Shown: positions 46,084 through 53,898 of the stretch, one piece after another
Layout: every line of letters starts with the position of its first letter
Position numbering within the stretch: position 1 is the stretch's first letter
IMG/VR virus record: IMGVR_UViG_3300012663_001055
Location: 1-53,898 of that record
DNA length: 53,898 bases
Direction: 5' to 3' (one strand)
Origin: a virus
Lineage: Duplodnaviria > Caudoviricetes
The notes under the pieces: model-generated
Databases searched by the model: none
Told to the model about the DNA's origin: nothing
The model's input: the letters and a program-made list of their open reading frames with translations, nothing else
Made by a program: the position numbers and the translations under genes

Positions 46084-46601
46084 TGCCAACTTTTACAATT
46101 AATGATTTTGCAAAAAGTTTTAGAGGCGACATTGCTAGACCTAACCGGTTTGACGTTAAGATTTTTCGTCCAGCCGGACTAAATGCATTTATTGCCAGCG
46201 AACAGTTAACTTATCGTTGCGAAAGCACAAATTTACCAGGTAGAACGTTTGCAACAATGGACCAACAAACATATGGTCCTACCGAAAAGTTTCCATATCA
46301 ATCAACATATCAAGATATTGATTTGACCTTCATTGTTGATGATGATATGATTCAAAAACGTTTCTTTGACCAATGGATGGAGTTTATCAATCCAACCAAA
46401 ACATACAATTTCAATTACAAAAGTGAATATGCATCACAGATAATTATAACACAGTATGATGTGAAGAATTTTTCCACATATGAAGTTACTTTATTTGAAG
46501 CATATCCAATTGCAATAAATCAGTTAGACCTTGATTGGTCTTCTGATGGTTATCATAAATTGACAGTTACATTTGCTTACACCTACTGGGAAGGTGTTTA
46601 A
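46083..46601 (+). CDS. gp54: Tail tube initiator / gp19-family protein (gp54-like)
   Basis: ARPNRF.V, CE...LPG, F..WM..I, EAYP, L.VTF.Y; true start likely MPTFTIN at 46083 (TAATG). Confidence 0.75.
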   Translation: MPTFTINDFAKSFRGDIARPNRFDVKIFRPAGLNAFIASEQLTYRCESTNLPGRTFATMDQQTYGPTEKFPYQSTYQDIDLTFIVDDDMIQKRFFDQWMEFINPTKTYNFNYKSEYASQIIITQYDVKNFSTYEVTLFEAYPIAINQLDLDWSSDGYHKLTVTFAYTYWEGV

Positions 46602-46618
46602 TATATTAAGGAGTTATT

Positions 46619-47347
46619 ATGGCTTTACCAAAACTTGATGTGCCGACATATGATGTGGAATTACCACTATCAAAAAAGAAAATTAAATATCGTCCGTTCT
46701 TAGTTAAAGAACAGAGAAACCTTTTGATGGCTATGGAGTCTAATGATTCCGATTCTATTCAGAATGCTATCAAACAGATTCTACACAACTGTACTTTGAC
46801 GGAAGGTATTGAGATTGATAACCTTCCAATCATTGATGTGGAGTATTACTTCATTCAATTGAGAGCCAAATCTGTTGGTGAAATGGTTGAATCTAAGTAT
46901 CGTTGTACCAATATTATTGAAGATGATAAGGTGTGTAACAATACAATGGAAGCAAGTTGGAATTTGAATAATATCAAACCAACAGTTCCAGAGGGTTTGA
47001 ATCCTGAAATTCAAATCACGGACAAGATTACAATTAAATTAAAATATCCCGAATTTGGTTTTGTAAAAGATTCAATGGAGATGGATGACCTAGCAGAAGC
47101 AACATTGAGTCTTGTTGCTAAATCTATTGAGTATATCTATGATGGTGACCAGTTTTATTATGCACATGAAACTGACCCACAAGAGATGCAGGAGTTTGTT
47201 GACAATTTGAACCAAGACCAATTCAACAAGATTGAAGAATTCTTTTCGAATTTACCTAAACTTAAAGAGAAACTTGAAATAACCTGTTCTAAGTGTGGAT
47301 TCCATCACGAGTTGGAGGTGGAGGGCCTCGAAAATTTTTTCGGCTGA
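46619..47347 (+). CDS. gp26: Baseplate hub assembly protein, gp26-like
   Basis: MALPK...P.Y...LP......YRPFLVKE, DVEY.F..LRAKSVGE, KYP, FF...PKL, C..C, EGL.NFF. Confidence 0.9.
   Translation: MALPKLDVPTYDVELPLSKKKIKYRPFLVKEQRNLLMAMESNDSDSIQNAIKQILHNCTLTEGIEIDNLPIIDVEYYFIQLRAKSVGEMVESKYRCTNIIEDDKVCNNTMEASWNLNNIKPTVPEGLNPEIQITDKITIKLKYPEFGFVKDSMEMDDLAEATLSLVAKSIEYIYDGDQFYYAHETDPQEMQEFVDNLNQDQFNKIEEFFSNLPKLKEKLEITCSKCGFHHELEVEGLENFFG
47314..47341 (+). other. Putative programmed -1 ribosomal frameshift signal (internal SD plus T TTT TTC)
   Basis: GGAGG at 47314-47318 and 47320-47324; heptamer T-TTT-TTC at 47335-47341 in the gp26 frame; the -1 frame is open into gp51. Confidence 0.7.
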
Positions 47348-47529
47348 TACTTCGTTATGATAACCTGAAAAACTATTATAGGACAAATTTCTCGCTTATG
47401 CAGTTTCATAAGTATAGTTTGTCTGAACTTGAAAACATGATGCCTTGGGAACGTGATATCTATATTGCTATGTTGGTGCAATATTTGGAACAAGAAGAAC
47501 AAAAACTTAAAGAGCGTCAAAGAAGATAA
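47335..47529 (+). CDS. gp51: Baseplate hub assembly catalyst gp51-like (probably expressed as a frameshift extension of gp26; first in-frame ATG at 47398)
   Basis: NYYRTNFSLMQFHKYSLSELENMMPWERDIYI..L. Confidence 0.8.
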   Translation, partial: FFRLILRYDNLKNYYRTNFSLMQFHKYSLSELENMMPWERDIYIAMLVQYLEQEEQKLKERQRR

Positions 47530-49247
47530 TGGCAGAAAAATTAAAGGTTTCGGAAAAGGTTAAAGATACCGTTTCCAGATTGGCAAATAAATTTAAGATA
47601 TCTTTTTCCTCATCACCTGAGGAAGAAAAATTAAATACGCCTACTGAAACTCTTGGTGCAATTTATAAGTTGTTAGTTGAGAATCGTCAAACAGCCAAAG
47701 ACATTCACAACATGGAGAAGAAAGAACATAAGTCTATTTTAAATCAAAGTAGATTGAGACAAAGGGAACTAATTAAGGCTCTTTCTTTTAAGCCGAAAAA
47801 ACAACCAGTTGTTCAGACTCAACCAACAACTCCAAGTACAACACCAACACCAAAGCCAAACACTGGTGTTGGTAATAAACCATCTGGTGCCAATCAACAA
47901 TCGCCAGCTGGAAAACCTGCTAATCAACAGCAAGCACCTGCTAAAGAAGTAAAGAAGGAAGCACCTGCTAAAGAAGTAAAGAAGGAAGCACCTGCTAAAG
48001 AAGCACCTCCAAAAGAAGCACCTAAGAGAGAATCACCTCCAAAAGAGGAACCTAAGAAGGAAGCTCCTAAGAGAGAAGAACCTAAAAAAGAAGCACCTCC
48101 AAAAGAAGCACCTAAGAAGGAAGAACCCCCAAAAGAGGCACCTAAAAGAGAAGCACCTAAGAAGGAAGAACCTAAGAAGGAAGAACCTAAGAAGGAAGAA
48201 CCTAAGAAGGAAGCTCCAAAAGCTGAAAAGCTTAAAAAAAAGAAGCCTGACAAAAAAGTTGAAAAAGAAACACCTGCACCTCCAGCTGCAACCGGTGCAT
48301 CTACTGCGGCCAAAGTAGTTGTTGGTGCTGGCGCTGTTGTGGCCGGATCAAATGCATTGGCTGGATCAAACACAGCCGAAAGTATTGCAAAATATGAAAG
48401 TAAATCTTCTTCTCCACGAAAAGGTGCAAGAAAATGGAAAAATGATTCTGAGTATAATGCATATAATAAAGGTACAATAGGGAATAAAACGGTTGGTGCA
48501 GATTTCGTGAACGGTGAATCTGTAATTGATTTTTCTCAAATAACTATTGCAGAATATTTGAGAAGAAGTGCATTGAAAGATGAAAATAAATTATTTGCTG
48601 TGGGTCGTTACCAAATTATTCCAGATACAATGAAGGGTTTATTAACACATCATCCAGAAATTGATATCAATACAACAACATTGAGTCCTGCAACACAAGA
48701 TTTGTTATTTGGAACACTAATAAGCAAAAGTAATAAATTGGTGCAGGATTACATAGATGGTAAAAATGTTTCAAGAGATGATGCTGTAATGCAATTAGCT
48801 AGAACTTTTGCATCCATTGGTGTTCCATATAGAGTATGGAGAAATGAAAATTCCAGAACAGATAAAAACGGAAACAAAAAGATAATATGGGATGCTAGAT
48901 GGATTGAAAAAGGTGAATCGTATTATAGTGGTACGGGTGGTAACAAAGCCCATAATTCACCAGAAGAAATGGGTGCAGCATTAGATAGAGACCGTGAAAA
49001 CACCCTAAAAAATAAAAAAGCACAACCAGCTGGCGGTAATCAAAATGGTCAAAATTTACAGTCTCAATCTGTATCAACTAATGATGCAAAACAGAAAGAA
49101 ATGCACGACAGATGGGTTGCTTGGAAAAATCAAAATGATAGAACTGTGAATGTTACCAATCAAAAATCAAATGGTGCAACACCAGTTCAGAATACAGAAC
49201 ATGATGACAGACCTGCCATATTAAAGAAAGCTGGAAATGCCAAATAA
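47529..49247 (+). CDS. Tape-measure-position protein with a Pro/Lys/Glu linker and a lysozyme-like muramidase domain
   Basis: (E/A)PKKE repeats, a hydrophobic stretch, then IAKYES..YNAYN..TIAE..AVGRYQIIPDTMKGL..SPATQD (lysozyme-like signature). Confidence 0.72.
   Translation: MAEKLKVSEKVKDTVSRLANKFKISFSSSPEEEKLNTPTETLGAIYKLLVENRQTAKDIHNMEKKEHKSILNQSRLRQRELIKALSFKPKKQPVVQTQPTTPSTTPTPKPNTGVGNKPSGANQQSPAGKPANQQQAPAKEVKKEAPAKEVKKEAPAKEAPPKEAPKRESPPKEEPKKEAPKREEPKKEAPPKEAPKKEEPPKEAPKREAPKKEEPKKEEPKKEEPKKEAPKAEKLKKKKPDKKVEKETPAPPAATGASTAAKVVVGAGAVVAGSNALAGSNTAESIAKYESKSSSPRKGARKWKNDSEYNAYNKGTIGNKTVGADFVNGESVIDFSQITIAEYLRRSALKDENKLFAVGRYQIIPDTMKGLLTHHPEIDINTTTLSPATQDLLFGTLISKSNKLVQDYIDGKNVSRDDAVMQLARTFASIGVPYRVWRNENSRTDKNGNKKIIWDARWIEKGESYYSGTGGNKAHNSPEEMGAALDRDRENTLKNKKAQPAGGNQNGQNLQSQSVSTNDAKQKEMHDRWVAWKNQNDRTVNVTNQKSNGATPVQNTEHDDRPAILKKAGNAK
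47930..48225 (+). repeat. Coding tandem repeats (27-bp and 15-bp units) encoding EAPAKEVKK and EEPKK
   Basis: agcacctgctaaagaagtaaagaagga twice; cctaagaaggaagaa three times plus a partial copy at 48156-48213. Confidence 0.9.
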
Positions 49248-50580
49248 AAACGAAATGAATTACTTTCAAGCTAGAAGGATCCGTAACACCGGATTTTCGA
49301 AACTTTTGGCCGACCAGCTTATTCTAAACAGAAAACAAGGCATATTCAAAAACATTGGTAAAGCCATGTCTTTGTCTGCACAGGCAAAAGTAAAAGGTTA
49401 CAAAGAGAAATTTGATCCATTAAATATTGCCAAGTTTATGACTGGCGGTTCGAGTCTTGGACCGGCACTATTGGGTAGAATGTTGGGTCGTTCATCCAAA
49501 GACATTGAATACTTTTCTGGTCGTGCTAGACCTATTAGTACCGCCACACGCATTGGTAAAACTCCTGGTGAAGGAGAAGGTGGTGATTTAGAAGGTATCA
49601 ATTCAATGTTGCGTAAGATTTATTCCTACATGAAAGATACTCAAAAGGAAGAAACAAAGCGTAGAGAATTGGAAAATAATTTCAAAGAAGAACTTAGTGC
49701 AGAAGAAGAAAGACGACACAAAGAATTCTTGGCAGCAATTAATAGATTGATGAAAAATAACCAACAGGTACAAACTGCTGTACCTGTTCAACAGCAACCT
49801 AGTATGATGGATTATGTTCTTGAAGCATTTGCTCTAGGCCGTGCAGCGTTACCTATATTGGGCCAAATTGGTAAATTCTTTCTAAGAAATCCTATTGGTA
49901 TAGGCCTTCTTGCTGGTTACACATTACTTGAATTGTTAAACAATCAAACACCCGAACAAGCTGCGGAAACATCAAAAATGATTGGTAATGCTGCTAATCC
50001 AGATGCAGCTATGGCTGAAGCAATATTGGGAAATACGGATGTTATTGGAGGTAGAAGAAGTAAAATATTAAGTGAAAGAACCGGTGATGATTGGACTCTC
50101 AATCCATTTAAAGATGGAGAATTACAAAAAAAATATTTGAAAAAAATTGGTTGGGATGATAACACTGGTACCACAGCAGCTGAAAGAGCTCAAGGTTTTA
50201 CTGGCCTCGATGATGAAGGTAATTTAGTAAAACCAAAGCCAAAAACAATTCCAACTCCTGTTCTAATTCCAAAAACGGCACCCAATACAGAAAAAACTGG
50301 AAGTGCTGATGGTGCTGTACCTGCATCGCAGCCTGTTGCTTCTGCACCTAGAAATGAAAGTATGCCACAGGAACCGGTTAGTGCAAAAGTTGCAACAGCT
50401 TCACGTTCTGTGAATAATCTAATGGAAAGTCAACAACTTGCTTCATTAGAATCATCCATTAATTCATCATCAACTACTGTACAGAAACCAGATACAGTAG
50501 AAAGAACCGCAATACCAAACGTGCGTAATCCAGACGCAACATATCAACGTTTGATTATGGATTCTACTAGACTTGTTTAA
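49237..50580 (+). CDS. Second tape-measure/hub-position protein (gp29-like, 447 aa)
   Basis: Position after gp26-gp51; coiled coil plus hydrophobic helices; shares an L..IY...R..E...A helix with the upstream ORF. Confidence 0.55.
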   Translation: MPNKNEMNYFQARRIRNTGFSKLLADQLILNRKQGIFKNIGKAMSLSAQAKVKGYKEKFDPLNIAKFMTGGSSLGPALLGRMLGRSSKDIEYFSGRARPISTATRIGKTPGEGEGGDLEGINSMLRKIYSYMKDTQKEETKRRELENNFKEELSAEEERRHKEFLAAINRLMKNNQQVQTAVPVQQQPSMMDYVLEAFALGRAALPILGQIGKFFLRNPIGIGLLAGYTLLELLNNQTPEQAAETSKMIGNAANPDAAMAEAILGNTDVIGGRRSKILSERTGDDWTLNPFKDGELQKKYLKKIGWDDNTGTTAAERAQGFTGLDDEGNLVKPKPKTIPTPVLIPKTAPNTEKTGSADGAVPASQPVASAPRNESMPQEPVSAKVATASRSVNNLMESQQLASLESSINSSSTTVQKPDTVERTAIPNVRNPDATYQRLIMDSTRLV

Positions 50581-50585
50581 CCAAT

Positions 50586-50609
50586 AAAAAACCCCGCACT
50601 AGGCGGGGT
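50586..50609 (-). terminator. Rho-independent terminator between convergent operons
   Basis: Stem accccgc/gcggggt (50591-50597, 50603-50609) followed by a U-run on the minus strand. Confidence 0.8.
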
Positions 50610-50640
50610 CTAAACAATGTTCTGAGAAAGGAGCGATTGT

Positions 50641-51534
50641 TTATTCGTCAGCTAACTTCGCAAAGTAAGCCATGTCATCATCATCTTCACTTGCAACAGC
50701 AAACGGTGCATCTTCTGCAACCGGTTTTGCCTTAGGTGCAGCCTTAGCTTGTTCGACTGTGGTACGTGCTCGTGGAGCATCACCTTCATCATTCAAACCA
50801 AGAACTTTATCCAAACGAGTTTTCAAAGTGTCATAAGACTTGAATTCTTTGTCATCAGTCAACTCTGTCAAAGAGAATTCTGATTTCCAAATCTTTTCAA
50901 GTTCTTCATCATCTTCTTTCAATGGTGCTGATGCCATAAACTCTGACTTATCATAGTTTTGGTAACCTGCTACCTTTGTAATCTTCAACTTGAAGTTAGC
51001 ACCCTTCCACAAATCGAATGGGTTGATTGCAACCTCATCTTCAAAGGATGGGTTCATTGCACCAGTAATCTTCTCAAAAATCTTGGCACCAAACTTGAAC
51101 AACTTAACTTGTCCTTCGTTCTCTGGATGTTTTGGATCCGATACGATGTACACGTTAGCGATGTAGTTTAGTTTACGTTTTTGTTTACGTACAATGTCTT
51201 TGTTGGCTTCGATGCCAGAGTTCCACAATTTGTTGTTGTGTTCACACACAGGACATTGCTGATTCTTGGTAGTCAAACAGTTGTCGATAAGCCAACCGCC
51301 TGGTCCTTGAAAGCCGTGAGAAAAGATTTTAACCCATGGGAGTCCATCTTCACCATCTTTCGGTGATGCAGGTAGGAATCGAATGGTTGCCATGCCGTTA
51401 CCAGCTTTATCCACTTCTGGACGCCAGTAATTATCTTTGTCGGATTTGCCTTCTGTTGAGCTGTTGAGTTGCTCGATGGCTTTAGTGAGTTTATCCAGAT
51501 TGCTGGATTTTTTCAGTTTTGAAAAGTCTGTCAT
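50641..51534 (-). CDS. gp32: Single-stranded DNA-binding protein gp32
   Basis: W.PEVDKAGNG.A.IRFLP, HGFQGPGGW.I.NC.TT...CPVCE.N, NPFDLW.GANFKLKI, NYDKSEF, acidic tail DDDMAYF. Confidence 0.97.
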   Translation of the reverse strand: MTDFSKLKKSSNLDKLTKAIEQLNSSTEGKSDKDNYWRPEVDKAGNGMATIRFLPASPKDGEDGLPWVKIFSHGFQGPGGWLIDNCLTTKNQQCPVCEHNNKLWNSGIEANKDIVRKQKRKLNYIANVYIVSDPKHPENEGQVKLFKFGAKIFEKITGAMNPSFEDEVAINPFDLWKGANFKLKITKVAGYQNYDKSEFMASAPLKEDDEELEKIWKSEFSLTELTDDKEFKSYDTLKTRLDKVLGLNDEGDAPRARTTVEQAKAAPKAKPVAEDAPFAVASEDDDDMAYFAKLADE

Positions 51535-51607
51535 TGTATTTCCTTATTAAACGGAGTATTGAACGGATTATCCACTTTATTCATTATATGGTCCTATTTA
51601 GGCACAT

Positions 51608-52093
51608 TCAAAGATACATATTCAATTGTGCCAGAGTGGAAGGCACATCCTTATGCCAAATTGCCACTCCACCTGCTTTACGCCAATCTTCAATAACACT
51701 CAATGTGTCATCAATGATTATGGTGTCTGGTTTTGCCCATTTGTACTTGTGGTGTTTACCAGGTACTAAGTTGGGAGTAAATGTGATGCCATGTGTCTGC
51801 AACCAAATCAATTTTTGTTTGGAAACATCCTCATGGTAATTTTCTCTTGCTGTAGAGGAAAGAATTTCTGTTGGTATTGGTGCCTTGCGTAGATATTCAA
51901 TCAGTACCATGGCATCAGGCATCAAGTCTAATGTACTGAATAGGCCACGTGCAATGAAGTCACCAAAATTAGCCTCAAAATGTTTTCTACGTTCACTCTC
52001 TGAAATGTCACCGTAGATTTCTCTGTAACGTCCATTAAAGTCGGCAATAACGCCGTCCATGTCCAAATAAATGCAAGAGGGCATGTTATGCAT
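51608..52093 (-). CDS. HAD-family 5'(3')-deoxyribonucleotidase-like protein
   Basis: IYLDMDGVIADF, ILSS, K..WL, IIDD......W..AGG..I. Confidence 0.85.
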   Translation of the reverse strand: MHNMPSCIYLDMDGVIADFNGRYREIYGDISESERRKHFEANFGDFIARGLFSTLDLMPDAMVLIEYLRKAPIPTEILSSTARENYHEDVSKQKLIWLQTHGITFTPNLVPGKHHKYKWAKPDTIIIDDTLSVIEDWRKAGGVAIWHKDVPSTLAQLNMYL

Positions 52094-52700
52094 GTTCTTC
52101 CAATCCTTCTTTCAAAATGGCCTTAAACTTGGCCTTATCATATACCACGAATGGTGTGTATTTCAAACATCTTCTTTCCCATGATGGCCATATGATTGTA
52201 TCACTAATCTTATTGTGCCACATCGGAAAGAAATTCATAATATCATTTAGAATCACCAACGTTTCGATAGTGATAGTACCTTGCATTACCTCTTGTAGTA
52301 ATACTGGATATTGTCCATCTCTCACCACCAATAAATCATTTGGTGTTGGTACCGCAGTGAATAGACCAATTATATCTTGTTCGAACTGGTAAGTCAAGCG
52401 TTGATTTCTTGTTTGCCATTTCTTATAGTTTTCTTCACCTTCAATACCAGTCATATCACCAACCCATCCAACGTCCATCACTAGGAAGTTAGCAATATAG
52501 AACGAACGTAATTCATCTATATTGTACTTTCTAGAAAGTTTATAGAACGAATACTTGTCTTTGCGGTTGGCAAAGTTGGTCTTGGTAACGTTTGTCTTGC
52601 CGTTGTATTTGATGTAGTCGTAACTATCGGATGTGAAGTGTAGTTTCAATGCATTGAACAAAGCAAATGCACTGAATCCAGTTGTTTCTTCCATAATCAA
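52086..52700 (-). CDS. gp59: Helicase loader gp59
   Basis: ALKLHFT...YDY.KY.GK, F..RKDKY.F.KL, I..ETLVIL, KY.PF. Confidence 0.88.
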   Translation of the reverse strand: MIMEETTGFSAFALFNALKLHFTSDSYDYIKYNGKTNVTKTNFANRKDKYSFYKLSRKYNIDELRSFYIANFLVMDVGWVGDMTGIEGEENYKKWQTRNQRLTYQFEQDIIGLFTAVPTPNDLLVVRDGQYPVLLQEVMQGTITIETLVILNDIMNFFPMWHNKISDTIIWPSWERRCLKYTPFVVYDKAKFKAILKEGLEEHA

Positions 52701-52918
52701 ACAGGCAGTTTAGAGCTCTTCTTTAATAGGTTTAAGTCTTGTGATTCTTCTCTAATCTTGGCCTTCAATGCAGCCGAAATTAAAGAAGATGCCAAATCAA
52801 TTTCCAGACCAGTCTGTTCACAATAACTTACGATTGCATCCACTCTGGTTGTTTTGTTTGTTCTGGCACTTTCTTCAATCATCAAACTAAATTCACTAAT
52901 CTCATTTTTTGTAGGCAT
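52697..52918 (-). CDS. gp33: Late transcription co-activator gp33
   Basis: FS..IE, DAIV.YCE...LE....LIS..LK.KI..E...LNLL; adjacent to gp59. Confidence 0.85.
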   Translation of the reverse strand: MPTKNEISEFSLMIEESARTNKTTRVDAIVSYCEQTGLEIDLASSLISAALKAKIREESQDLNLLKKSSKLPV

Positions 52919-53406
52919 TATGCTCTCGTGTAAAATAAATGGTTACCAATCTTTACAACATACTTTAATTTCCACGCCGGATTTACCGAGGTGTTGTGAT
53001 AGTACATTGCCTGTGTTTTATAGATTGTATCATGTAATTTACGTTCTGTCAAGGCTTTTCTTGCAACAATTAGGCATTCTTCCCATGCATACTTGTTTCT
53101 GATTTCACTAACTCTTTCACCAACCCAACTGAATTGGTATGTGCTGCCTGTTTTTTGGTATACTACCTCACAGACAGTTGATGGGAATTTGGAACTATTT
53201 GCACGGTTCATTGTTACCTGTGCTACTGCTAGTTTACCTTCAAAAGATTCACTTGCAGCTTCATAGTAGAGGTTTTTGGCCATGCAAAGGACTTGCTTGG
53301 CGATATCAGCTGACACATTCTGTTCAAGTGAAATAGTTTGTTCGTGTGCTGATAAAGGTACACTTGTAATTAAAGCGATTGACAACAAAGTTTGTAAAAA
53401 CTTCAT
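52918..53406 (-). CDS. SleB-like cell wall hydrolase (Hydrolase_2) with N-terminal signal peptide
   Basis: CMAKNLYYEA..E...GKLAVAQV..NR....FP..VC.VVYQ....QFSW, YYH...V.P.W, IGNH.FY. Confidence 0.9.
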   Translation of the reverse strand: MKFLQTLLSIALITSVPLSAHEQTISLEQNVSADIAKQVLCMAKNLYYEAASESFEGKLAVAQVTMNRANSSKFPSTVCEVVYQKTGSTYQFSWVGERVSEIRNKYAWEECLIVARKALTERKLHDTIYKTQAMYYHNTSVNPAWKLKYVVKIGNHLFYTRA

Positions 53407-53425
53407 TTTTTCTCCTTGTGTGTGT

Positions 53426-53444
53426 AAAAGGGACCTAAGTCCCT
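53426..53444 (-). terminator. Small hairpin / weak terminator
   Basis: AGGGAC-TTAG-GTCCCT followed by TTT on the minus strand. Confidence 0.5.
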
Positions 53445-53449
53445 AATCC

Positions 53450-53734
53450 TCAGGAAGTTCGTTTGCTTAGAACTTTTGCAGCCGGTTCAGACGGCTGAAT
53501 GTTAGACACGAAACCGTTTAAGGTTGCTGCCTTACTAATGATATCTGTTTCTGAGGGGATTGATGGCAAGGCTGGATGTTCAGGTGGTGTTTCACCTTTG
53601 TTCCTTGCTGTGTCACACTTGATGTTCCAATCTTGTGTGATTTTGTCACGTTCTGCATTATAAGAATCATATAACATATCTTTTGCCATTTTTAAAAGCT
53701 CAAGACGAATTTCAAAAGGTGTCATGTTTGACAT
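53450..53734 (-). CDS. Hypothetical phage protein (94 aa)
   Basis: TPFEIRLELLKMAKDML...P..P....II.KA..LN.FVS; CAGGAG RBS. Confidence 0.75.
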   Translation of the reverse strand: MSNMTPFEIRLELLKMAKDMLYDSYNAERDKITQDWNIKCDTARNKGETPPEHPALPSIPSETDIISKAATLNGFVSNIQPSEPAAKVLSKRTS

Positions 53735-53812
53735 AGTTTTCTCCTGTGTTGTGTAAAGTGTGTTGAGGTTTTTAATGTGGTTGCCTCAACCACAATCCAT
53801 TAATGGATGATT

Positions 53813-53820
53813 TATTTATA
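53813..53820 (-). promoter_or_regulatory. T4-type late promoter TATAAATA
   Basis: Exact consensus upstream of a structured leader and the 53734 ORF. Confidence 0.65.
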
Positions 53821-53824
53821 CGTA

Positions 53825-53896
53825 TTAGAAACTACGTGTGTATTGTAGACGCCATGCATCTTTTTCTTCGTCACCATATGAACGGCTCCAACGAAC
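53825..53896 (-). CDS. 3' end of an upstream gene; C-terminus resembles an outer-membrane beta-barrel signal
   Basis: Manual translation gives VRWSRSYGDEEKDAWRLQYTRSF-stop. Confidence 0.4.
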   Translation of the reverse strand, partial: VRWSRSYGDEEKDAWRLQYTRSF

Positions 53897-53898
53897 TG

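Noticed and set aside
47924-48373. 149-aa antisense ORF with GASFLGSS repeats
   Set aside because: It is the reverse-strand mirror of the PKKE repeat region
1-53898. tRNA or rRNA genes, alternative genetic code
   Set aside because: No intergenic space with cloverleaf or T-arm motifs was seen; core genes translate full-length with the standard code

Overview
A 53.9-kb segment of a large T4-like (cyanophage-style gene order) myovirus genome with AT-rich codon usage. Almost all of it is the virion morphogenesis region. On the minus strand, from 45 kb downward: gp48, gp53, a gp27-like hub, a two-gene gp5, gp25, gp6, gp7, gp8, a split DUF4815/VrlC-like structural gene, several fibre genes, a 13-kb array of paralogous unknown genes, then gp13, gp14 and the start of gp15. 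On the plus strand (45.0-50.6 kb): gp4, gp2, a gp54/gp19-like gene, gp26, gp51 and two tape-measure-position genes. A minus-strand replication/transcription block follows (gp32, HAD nucleotidase, gp59, gp33, SleB-like hydrolase). Three features stand out. (1) A modular array [C-B-A-D][B-A][B-A][C-B-A-D] of eight homologous ~430-720 aa proteins in strict B-A pairs, with two flanking small-gene families, conserved frameworks, variable loops, a lectin insertion and islands of DNA identity. (2) A DUF4815-like gene split in two by a cassette that adds a Gly5-Cys 'CFI-box-like' C-terminal domain and a separate CFI-box-like ORF. (3) A well-formed SD-stimulated -1 frameshift signal that would fuse gp26 to gp51. 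All gene calls come from motif recognition and synteny; no database searches were run.
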